Shown one piece after another: positions 55,328 through 64,000 of a stretch of 64,000 bases of DNA (positions within the stretch are counted from its first letter, which is position 1; each line of letters begins with the position of its first letter). Under the pieces are notes generated by a model that saw only the letters and a list, made by a program, of their open reading frames with translations, searched no databases and was not told the origin of the DNA. Position numbers and translations under genes: made by a program. This DNA comes from Nemertoderma westbladi (lineage: Eukaryota; Animalia; Xenacoelomorpha): positions 4,772-68,771 of the forward strand of contig JAUCBJ010008325.1 of NCBI GenBank assembly GCA_032718475.1. Reading direction: 5' to 3'.

Positions 55328-58300
55328 ATGCCTGGGAAAAAAGTAGGAGCGCCGCGTAAAAGAGCCAAGTCATCTACTGAAAATATTGTGGGCGTTCCAA
55401 AGAAAAGAGCAAAGAGAACTGAAGGGAAAAAATGTCAACCGCATGTGAAACGAAAACTGAAACCGAAGACACACGTTGTGCCGAAAAGAAAATCCGGAAA
55501 ACACTACACTAAGAGAAAATGTGTAATTAAGTCTAAGATAATAAAAAGTGCAGCAACAAAAAACAAACATCTTGAGAATGTTGCATTGTCATCTAAAGAT
55601 CCCTTCTTTGAAGTCAAATTTAATCATGCGAATATTTCAAATATTAATAAGACCAGGCAGATTTACACTTCAGTGAATATAGCTGATAATGCAAGGCTCA
55701 ATGTTCTTATTAATGATTATGATCATGTGTTTGATGTAACCTTAAACAGAAGTTACTCTGCATCACAAAACCCAACTCAAAATGCTCTCGATCTTGCTGT
55801 GGAACGAGGGAATAGATTTGCAATACAAGCAATATATAATGACATAAATAATCCCAAGAATAGAGCTGCAGCCTTGCCCGCAACTTCATTGGAAACTCAA
55901 GATGTTGGTGTGTACAATTTTAGACTACTAGGACATGCTGTTAGACCACTTACAAGCACCAGGGGAGGGAAGGAAGGCAATTCTGCTCTGTGCAAATCAA
56001 GCGGCAGTTATGTAGTAAGGAATACAATATTGCGAATGTGTCATTTAGGAGTATCACGGGATATCGTTAATTTGGTTAGGGCTCATATGAACAACGATTT
56101 CCAATTTTATTTCCTGGGAATAGAAGCTGCTGTGTCATGTGGCCATCGCAAGTTGGCAGGCTATTTAGTTGAGTTGTCATTGAAATGTTCCATGGGTTTC
56201 AATTTACTACACAAGGAAGTGTTGCTTAATGACACTCAGGAACTCACTCCATTTAAATCTGTCTCAGTGCTAAAGAAACCCCAAACTCGCTTTCGTATAT
56301 CTCCTATACACTGTGCTGCCATAAATCCGAATACAGCATATTTAGAAAAGTTGTTGTCTATTGTACCAGAATATAATGTTTCTGATGTGAAACAAAGAAA
56401 ACCCATTCATTTTGCTGCTGCTTGTGAATCCACAGGACCCCTTCTGCTTCTGCTGGCGAGAGGAGCTAGTGTTAATGAAACGGATAGTCTCGGAAATACA
56501 CCTCTAATATTTGCTGCAAAGGCAGGTCGTGAACAAAATATAGAAGTCATACTAAATGAAATCAGAAATGCCCAATCAATGCAAGTAGTTATCACTGGAG
56601 GAGTTGATAAAGCTAACCGATCTGGCTTTGCACCTATACATTTAGCTACAAAGTTTAGACATCTCAAGTCACTTAAGAAACTTATAGCCGGAGGGGCCAA
56701 TGTTGAGAAAAATTTAACTGCCAGCAGAAACCGGATGACTGCATTGATGATCGCTGCTGAAGTAGGTTCTATTGAAGTATTAAAATGTTTGGTGGACGAA
56801 GGCAATGCAAAAATAGATGCTAAAGATAAGCATAAGAAAACTGCACTTATATATGCTGTTATGAATGGAAACTACAATGCAACAGCATACTTATTATCTT
56901 GTGAGGCCAATATTAATACCAAAGATAATTCTGGAAATGCTATAATTCACTATGCTGCAGCATATGGGTGGTATCATATATCCCAACTCTTAATAGATGA
57001 AGATGTCAATCTAAATGTTATCAACGACTGGAAACTCACACCGTTAGCCATAGCCATGATGAATTCTTATACCGAAGTTGCTGCCCTTTTGATGGATTAT
57101 GGAATTGATGTGAATTATAAGGGTGAAGAAGGAAAAACATTATTGAGTATTATTTGTGCAAAATCAAAACCCAGTAAAATGTTTGTCAAAGGTATCAAAC
57201 AACTTGTTATTCACCGAAAAGCAAATCCAAATATTTGTGATGCATATGGAAATACATGTCTCCATTATTTGGCTGCAAATTACCTTCTTGCGGAAGCAAC
57301 AGATAGTAATTTTGGAATTGAGGTAGCCTTAATCTTGCTACATGGTGGAGCAGATATAACAATTAGAAATAATAAAAAGCAATCCCCGATTTTGATAGCT
57401 GCAGAATCGGGATCAATGAAACTTCTCGAATTTCTTATTAATTCGTCAAATATATTTCAGTGTGAACTGGGAACTGATGATAACACCCTTCTACATTTAC
57501 TAGCATCTCAAAATGTTATTAAAACAGACTTAACATCATTATGGAAGACAATAAAATCAAACATTCCAAATGATGTTCTAAAAGAAATGGGTACATCATT
57601 CAATAGCAGAGGTTTTTGTCCACTACATTTAGCATGTGTTAGCTATGGAGAGCTTAGTGCAAACCAGAGTACCACCTACAAAGTATTGAAGTGTGTTAGA
57701 GAGAATATATCAAATTTAATTGCATCTGTTCCAGTCGTGGTAAACATGCAAGTGGGGAAACGTAAAGTTTTTACAGATGATGAATGTGAATATGATACTG
57801 TGAGGGCCTTTGGGAGTGCCACACATGATTTAAATAATCAATTAGAATATGATGGAGCTTACGGTCTAATGACACCAGTACACATAATTTTATGTTGCCA
57901 TGGTGGTTATGTACCTTTTGGACAAGAAGGTCCACTATCTTCCTCTAAACGACCAGTGCTTGAAATGCTACTCAGGGAATCTCCAAATTTAAATTTCCTT
58001 GATAAAGATGGTCACATGCCCATTTACTATGCTCTCTCTAAATGTAATTCAAAACATAGGAGATGGAGCAATGATGAAATTTCTGCTAGCATGTTAATTA
58101 AGGCAGGCTGTGATGTCAATCAATTTACTGAACTTCTTAATGATGGACATCCTGTAGATAATAATATAAACAATGGCAATGCACGCAAGAGAATAAATCC
58201 ATTAATGATAGCTGCTAAACATTCAATGGTACAAGTTGTAAAGGATTTGCTAAATTATGGTGCAGATATTTGGAGAATCGATGACATTGGTATGACACCT

Positions 58301-61300
58301 TTACATTTTGCATGTTCAGCAGTAACAAATGAAACAAATGCTGTTGAAGTTATAAATATTCTTTTGAAAATGTTAGATTCAGAATTGAAAATAAAGTACA
58401 TCAATATGGTTAATGACTATGGTGAAACAGCTTTACATCTTGTAGTATCAACGAAAACCAATTCTTCGGATACAAGTAATGATATTGAAGACATTCTTGT
58501 AAATAATGGAGCTGATCTAAGTATATTAGACAACAATAAAAGATCAGTCATTCAAAGAGCATTTGTTGAATTAGGAAGTCAAAGTGAGCTAAGTCACATC
58601 GATCCAATTGAGACAGTTATATATTTATCATCACACATGAATGCCATAAATTTATCAAATAGGGATGGATGTGGCCGAACAGTACTCCATTGGTCAGCTT
58701 GTCGAGGTTCTGCTATATCATCTTTACATTTGACAGAACAATATAAAAAACATTCAATTGATCTTAACCTACTTGATAGCGATTATAACACACCACTCGC
58801 ATTGGCTGTAAAAAATAGCCATGATAGTTGTGCTATAATACTTATTCAGCAAGGTTTACATCTTGATATTTCTGTCATTAGCAAAAATATACCTTTAAGT
58901 AAAAATATAGATTATTGGATGTGGAATCCAACTTGTAATGTACTACAACCAGCAGTGAAGCAAAATCATCTTCTTACTGTTGTGGCATCTCTAGAGTGGC
59001 CAGGCATCATGTCATTGATTGTTCAGAAACTGAAGGAGACAGGAATCAGTATGCGGTCTGCGATTGAGTATATCCTGCGTGCAAACAAATTTAATGCAGC
59101 CCTTTCATTATTGCGGAAAATGCGGTCTTCTCAAGTAACGCTTAGTGGCAGAAATGCAATTGGTCAAAACCTGCTTCATATATTATGTTTTACATTGCCT
59201 TCAGATGAAACAACTGCTGTCAAATGCAGAATTATTGATCATTTATTAGAAAGTAATGTTGACATTGGTGCTTGCGATAGTTATGGGAACTCAATATTTG
59301 TTTATTGTGGCATTTCTCGTAACTATGTCTTAGGGAGATATTTACTTGATAAGAATAGTGGGAAAGATATTGTAAATAATACTAGTGTAATTGGAATGAA
59401 TTCAATTTCTGCTGCTATGTTTCCGTATCCCACAAACAAAGATACAAAACTCTATATAAACCAGCTCATTGTTGCTGGAATGATTCCAGCTGCTTTATCA
59501 GTACAAGTGGATTATTCATATGATGAATTGACAGTGTCAAATTTAAATTTTCGAAAATTGTTTTTTGATATATGTTCTCATCTTCCTGTATTGCCGAAAG
59601 ATACTGTAAAAGTACCAATTAATGGTGCTGGAAATTATGTACCAGTCAGATCTATGTCTGTATTTGATTTATCACTACGGAGAAGAGATCATCACATGAT
59701 AAAGTATTATCTTAATAAAACGGATTATTCACATAACTTAGATATGAATATTTTACTTCACAAGACAATCCAGGAAAGTGACACTGAAACTGTACATCTA
59801 ATTTTAGATCCAACATATGAATTTGTTGATGATAATTATAAGAATACTAATTATAATAACACAGAAACCGAGAGTGTAAATGAGTTAGGTGACAACATTG
59901 TTGTTAACAATATCAACGATGATGCTGATGATCACCTGCAATCTGGCAACAGTATATCAGTTCCTCCTACAAAATTAGAAGTCTATAGGGATCCACATGG
60001 AAACAATTTATACCATATACTATGTAGTGAATCACCATTTGGACACTTCGAAACATCTTTAATTTCGATTATGAATTTATTGAAAGATTATGGTTTACCC
60101 ATAAAAATGCTTCAAAACCAAAATAATAAATTACGCACTCCAATCCAGATGGCTGAGAAAATGGGACTAACATTTTTGTCACAAGCTATGGCAGGCATAC
60201 TTAAGATAAATGTGAATGAGAATATTGGTAAAATTGCCAGGATAATTAGATATGAAAAGAAACATGCCAAGGAACAGTTGCTTGATCAAGATTCCAAATC
60301 AATGCTTGACATACTAAAGAAAGATGATATTATTGACACTTCAGATTATGTTCCAAAGATTGATCCTAATTTTAAAATGGGAAACAGGAAGGAATGTGTT
60401 ATAATTACTGACACAGATATAAATTGTCCTTTCGATGTTTTAATGACAAAGGCGGATGTTAAATATGGACGATATGGACAAAACAATTTCTACAAGATGC
60501 AAGTTATTCATGTTAAAGGAAGAGATATTTACGTTTTGTTCACCCGATGGGGATGCCTTGGAAGTACTGGTCAATACCAAGCAACTCCCTTTAATGACAA
60601 ATGCGATGCTGTGCAAGAATTCTGCAAAGTTTACAAATCAAAAACTGGTACCATTTGGTCAAATGTTAATAATTTCCAGAGGCAACCTTCAAAATATATT
60701 CTTATTAAAAATGAGAACCGAAAACAAAAGCAAGCTGTGAAGGGCATCCAATTTGATTTTACAACAGTTAAAACCTCAGCACTACCACAAGACCTTAAAG
60801 AAGTCATGAATGATTGGGCAAACATTACTGCAATGAATCAATCATTGAAATCGATGAACAATATATATAATTCAGAAATACTTCCGTTTGGTCGGCTGGA
60901 TGGAGAAACAATAACTGAGGCTAAAATTATATTGAAAAAGATAGAACAATTAGTCAAAAGTATCGAAAAATCCAAAGACAGTAACATACCAGATCACCAA
61001 AAGCACATATCAGATCTGGAATCGATTTGTCAATTAACAAATCAATATTATCAATTGATACCTCAGAAACATCAAGGGCCTGAAAGACTCCCAGTTCTTG
61101 ATTCAGAGCGCTCTATTTATGAGCAAACCAAACTATTGCATAGCCTGACTGACTTAGAATTTGCAGGTAGATTATTACTTGCGGCTCAATATCGAAGAAA
61201 TGAAATTCATCCTCTAGATTACTGTTACAATGCCATGCCTGCCTCATTGTCTTTACTCAAACGAGATGAAAATGATGCACAAATGATTCTTAAATATATT

Positions 61301-61918
61301 CACAGAAGCGATGAGCATGTGAATGTTCAAGGCATATATACAGTGATCAGATGCGGTGAATCAGAAGCTATACAATCGTTCGAAAATGGAAATAGAATGT
61401 TGCTGTGGCATGGTAGCAAGGCAGTAAACATGCTCAGTATCATGTCTCAAGGTCTGGTAATCGCCCCCTCTAACGTTGACAGAAGAGGCAGTTCTTTTGG
61501 TAGAGGTATATACTTCGCAGACATGTTCTCTAAAAGCAAAATGTACGCTGATTGGAATCTGTCTGATACAAAGGAAAAGCCATCTGGATATATGCTACTT
61601 TGTGAGGTCGCTTTGGGAAAAGTGTGGGAATTTAGAAACCAGTATTATTCGCATCAACTTTCAAGAGGCTCTCGCAATATCCCATGTCGAGAAGGGCGAA
61701 AGGAAGGTTTCGATTCCACATTGGCAATGGGACGACACAGACCAAATCCGACAGAGACGGTGACACTTGCCGATAGTCTAAGAGTACCTTGTGGTTCTAT
61801 TAAGGATTATTCTAATAAGGAAACCGATAGAAATGCCTTCTGCGAACTTTACCAAAACGAGTACATCATTTTCTCTGAAAATCAGTGTCGTATTAGATAT
61901 TTGGTGCGATTTTGTTAG
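55328..61918 (+). CDS. Ankyrin-repeat poly(ADP-ribose) polymerase, PME-5/tankyrase-like (ANK-WGR-PARP regulatory-PARP catalytic), single exon
   Basis: Uninterrupted 2196-aa ORF with many ANK motifs (GNTPLIFAA, GMTPLHFAC, GETALHL). WGR-like region NNFYKMQ...LFTRWG; regulatory domain LPFGRL...YYQLIP; catalytic H-Y-E in LLWHGS, FGRGIYFAD and NEYIIF. Confidence 0.93.
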   Translation: MPGKKVGAPRKRAKSSTENIVGVPKKRAKRTEGKKCQPHVKRKLKPKTHVVPKRKSGKHYTKRKCVIKSKIIKSAATKNKHLENVALSSKDPFFEVKFNHANISNINKTRQIYTSVNIADNARLNVLINDYDHVFDVTLNRSYSASQNPTQNALDLAVERGNRFAIQAIYNDINNPKNRAAALPATSLETQDVGVYNFRLLGHAVRPLTSTRGGKEGNSALCKSSGSYVVRNTILRMCHLGVSRDIVNLVRAHMNNDFQFYFLGIEAAVSCGHRKLAGYLVELSLKCSMGFNLLHKEVLLNDTQELTPFKSVSVLKKPQTRFRISPIHCAAINPNTAYLEKLLSIVPEYNVSDVKQRKPIHFAAACESTGPLLLLLARGASVNETDSLGNTPLIFAAKAGREQNIEVILNEIRNAQSMQVVITGGVDKANRSGFAPIHLATKFRHLKSLKKLIAGGANVEKNLTASRNRMTALMIAAEVGSIEVLKCLVDEGNAKIDAKDKHKKTALIYAVMNGNYNATAYLLSCEANINTKDNSGNAIIHYAAAYGWYHISQLLIDEDVNLNVINDWKLTPLAIAMMNSYTEVAALLMDYGIDVNYKGEEGKTLLSIICAKSKPSKMFVKGIKQLVIHRKANPNICDAYGNTCLHYLAANYLLAEATDSNFGIEVALILLHGGADITIRNNKKQSPILIAAESGSMKLLEFLINSSNIFQCELGTDDNTLLHLLASQNVIKTDLTSLWKTIKSNIPNDVLKEMGTSFNSRGFCPLHLACVSYGELSANQSTTYKVLKCVRENISNLIASVPVVVNMQVGKRKVFTDDECEYDTVRAFGSATHDLNNQLEYDGAYGLMTPVHIILCCHGGYVPFGQEGPLSSSKRPVLEMLLRESPNLNFLDKDGHMPIYYALSKCNSKHRRWSNDEISASMLIKAGCDVNQFTELLNDGHPVDNNINNGNARKRINPLMIAAKHSMVQVVKDLLNYGADIWRIDDIGMTPLHFACSAVTNETNAVEVINILLKMLDSELKIKYINMVNDYGETALHLVVSTKTNSSDTSNDIEDILVNNGADLSILDNNKRSVIQRAFVELGSQSELSHIDPIETVIYLSSHMNAINLSNRDGCGRTVLHWSACRGSAISSLHLTEQYKKHSIDLNLLDSDYNTPLALAVKNSHDSCAIILIQQGLHLDISVISKNIPLSKNIDYWMWNPTCNVLQPAVKQNHLLTVVASLEWPGIMSLIVQKLKETGISMRSAIEYILRANKFNAALSLLRKMRSSQVTLSGRNAIGQNLLHILCFTLPSDETTAVKCRIIDHLLESNVDIGACDSYGNSIFVYCGISRNYVLGRYLLDKNSGKDIVNNTSVIGMNSISAAMFPYPTNKDTKLYINQLIVAGMIPAALSVQVDYSYDELTVSNLNFRKLFFDICSHLPVLPKDTVKVPINGAGNYVPVRSMSVFDLSLRRRDHHMIKYYLNKTDYSHNLDMNILLHKTIQESDTETVHLILDPTYEFVDDNYKNTNYNNTETESVNELGDNIVVNNINDDADDHLQSGNSISVPPTKLEVYRDPHGNNLYHILCSESPFGHFETSLISIMNLLKDYGLPIKMLQNQNNKLRTPIQMAEKMGLTFLSQAMAGILKINVNENIGKIARIIRYEKKHAKEQLLDQDSKSMLDILKKDDIIDTSDYVPKIDPNFKMGNRKECVIITDTDINCPFDVLMTKADVKYGRYGQNNFYKMQVIHVKGRDIYVLFTRWGCLGSTGQYQATPFNDKCDAVQEFCKVYKSKTGTIWSNVNNFQRQPSKYILIKNENRKQKQAVKGIQFDFTTVKTSALPQDLKEVMNDWANITAMNQSLKSMNNIYNSEILPFGRLDGETITEAKIILKKIEQLVKSIEKSKDSNIPDHQKHISDLESICQLTNQYYQLIPQKHQGPERLPVLDSERSIYEQTKLLHSLTDLEFAGRLLLAAQYRRNEIHPLDYCYNAMPASLSLLKRDENDAQMILKYIHRSDEHVNVQGIYTVIRCGESEAIQSFENGNRMLLWHGSKAVNMLSIMSQGLVIAPSNVDRRGSSFGRGIYFADMFSKSKMYADWNLSDTKEKPSGYMLLCEVALGKVWEFRNQYYSHQLSRGSRNIPCREGRKEGFDSTLAMGRHRPNPTETVTLADSLRVPCGSIKDYSNKETDRNAFCELYQNEYIIFSENQCRIRYLVRFC

Positions 61919-64000
61919 TTTTTTTTTGTTCAAGTTTGATTTCCAAAATGTCGACTGAGAGACAACTCATGGCATTCATTTAAAATTTACCCTTAAAAAT
62001 AAATTAAATTACCTTTAAATTTTCTTATAATCTTCTAACAGTAATTAATTTTTCATTTTTTAAATAATTTTTAATTAATTTCTAATACTTTTTGTAAGTA
62101 CCGCAATTATAAATCCCGTTTTCTGGTGTAGTAGTCATAAAATTTGGTGCAAACTTTTTCTATTTTAATGGACTACTAATTTTCCTATTCTAAAATTTCA
62201 TAAATATAATAAGTACATTGTAAAAGCTTCTGTGGGATGTAACTGGCCCTTCGCCCCGCAACCCAGTTTTTCCCCCATACGCTAAAATACTCTGAAACCT
62301 ACTGTAAAGGTTTTTCTGGGATATGACTGATTTGTTTTCTTTGCTAACCAGTTCCCCCCTCCAAGGCGTTGGAATCCTTTAGGAGGGATCTGAGCTGTTC
62401 GATTGGCCAGCCGGCTTGGGAAGGTTGCCCCAGTTACCCATAGCCCTGCGTTGAGTTAGTTCTGATTTCGACCAATCCCGAGCTACTGAACTGAAATTAT
62501 CCTGTCTCACTGCTGATTACATGTGTTGAACGGGATTCTTGGAAAATAAGAGAGCTAAAGTCACGGGACTTTTTGTTAGGATTTTAAGACTTTATTATCA
62601 GTGTTTTAAGACCGTGTTGAAATAGCGAAATGTTTTCTGCCTTTTTATAAGAACATTAGTAGGCTAAATTATAGAAAGCATAGCTATTATCGGTTCAATT
62701 CGCTATTAAAGATTCATATCATTTTAATTCATTGATTTCATTACTTGCAATCTAATTGTATCTTAACCTACCGTCATACTGCTTTTACTGTTCGTAATTT
62801 TGTATCAGTATAATTGGATGTTATTAGTTGAAGAATATCAATAATCAACCCGCATTTTCCCAATATCCTTGATACACTACAGGTTAGAGAGAAGGGTTAT
62901 GTACAACAATTGCGACTTTATTATTGTGTTTGTAGTGAATCTAATGTTGTTTGACAGACACTACCTGAGTCCAGTGCATATCTCTTTATACCTGATCAAA
63001 GTCAGTAACTGTCGGCATATCAGTGAGCAGTGTTGTGCGTTACCGGTAGCGTGCGTGATTGTAAAGTGATTTGGATCTGATAATAAAGCATTCCTAAAGA
63101 ATGCGCCCTATGCTTGAAATTTAAGCCATATCGTTGTGTGTAGTATCAGTCATAACTCTGTTTACATAGGTAGAGCGCCACGTCCTAAAAGGAACTGCTA
63201 ATATTTCCCGAAAGTGAATAATATTTGTCAGAGATTATATATTAGTAATCAATCGAATAATACAGTAGGCTTGACCGCAAATAAATTTAAGCCCACGAAT
63301 CCAGTCTCCCGGTGTTATAAACGGGTCATTTGGACGCGCATGGACTGGCTTCGGCTAATGTTTTTGGTTTGTTTTTGTATTAAATCTTGTCATCTTATAA
63401 AAGGCAGTTTATCAATAAAGACATATAAATTTCGGCAGGTTAAACTGCTGAAGGTCTATAAAAGCGCGTACAATAATAGCTATCGATCTTATTTGCGGTA
63501 AGCAATAAGATTGAAAAGTACCGGTACATCAGAACCGGTACCAGTAGGTCAGTAGGCCCAACTGTCATAACCGGTACTATTACCGTAGGTCCGTAGGCCT
63601 AACTGTCATAACCGGTACTGCTGTACAAGTGCATTAGTATTATTTCGATTGTGATATTATACATTGGTAGGCTGTTTAAGAAATTAGGGACTGTACACCC
63701 CTTGTTTCTTTTGGAGCTTATTTATTTCTGTCAGTTCTTATTTACGTGTAAGTTAGTATTGAGTAGAAGGCGTGTAAGTCTGCTCAGATTGTTCAGATCA
63801 TTGTAGGCTGGACTGTTGTCTGACTGTTGTTAGGCTTGAAGATTACAGCGTGTGTAGAGAGTCTGATAGGTGCCAGTTAGTAAGTTGGGGCAACTCGTAA
63901 GTTGTAAGGTCAACCCCCATAAAGAATAAGCCGCGCTACCTTATTAGCACGCATACTCACTAACAAGTTTCGGAATCTGCATATACTGTGGTTATTTAGG

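Noticed and set aside
61950-64000. Short ORFs and possible splice donors at the right end
   Set aside because: No recognisable protein motifs or consistent exon structure.

Overview
Repeat-rich metazoan (invertebrate-type) genomic DNA. Host genes: two coding exons of Cdc42 (minus strand; the gene continues beyond the left edge) and an intronless 2196-aa ankyrin/WGR/PARP gene (PME-5/tankyrase-like, plus strand). Most of the rest is transposon-derived. It includes a ~15.3-kb BEL/Pao LTR retrotransposon (14405-29661), a second truncated BEL/Pao gag-protease, RTE and CR1/L2-like LINE fragments, several TIR/foldback MITEs with readable TSDs, a head-to-head pair of Helentron/DINE-like elements, satellites and a multi-kb local duplication. 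The main finding is an extra ORF in the BEL/Pao element, between pol and the 3' LTR. After removing an RTE insertion bounded by a 13-bp TSD, it reads as one protein: a DEDDy (WRN/EXD-like) 3'-5' exonuclease domain fused to three CCHC zinc knuckles. Also notable is a ~20-copy minisatellite built from the Cdc42 exon 2/5' splice-donor junction. Domain calls come from motifs recognised by eye; no searches were run.
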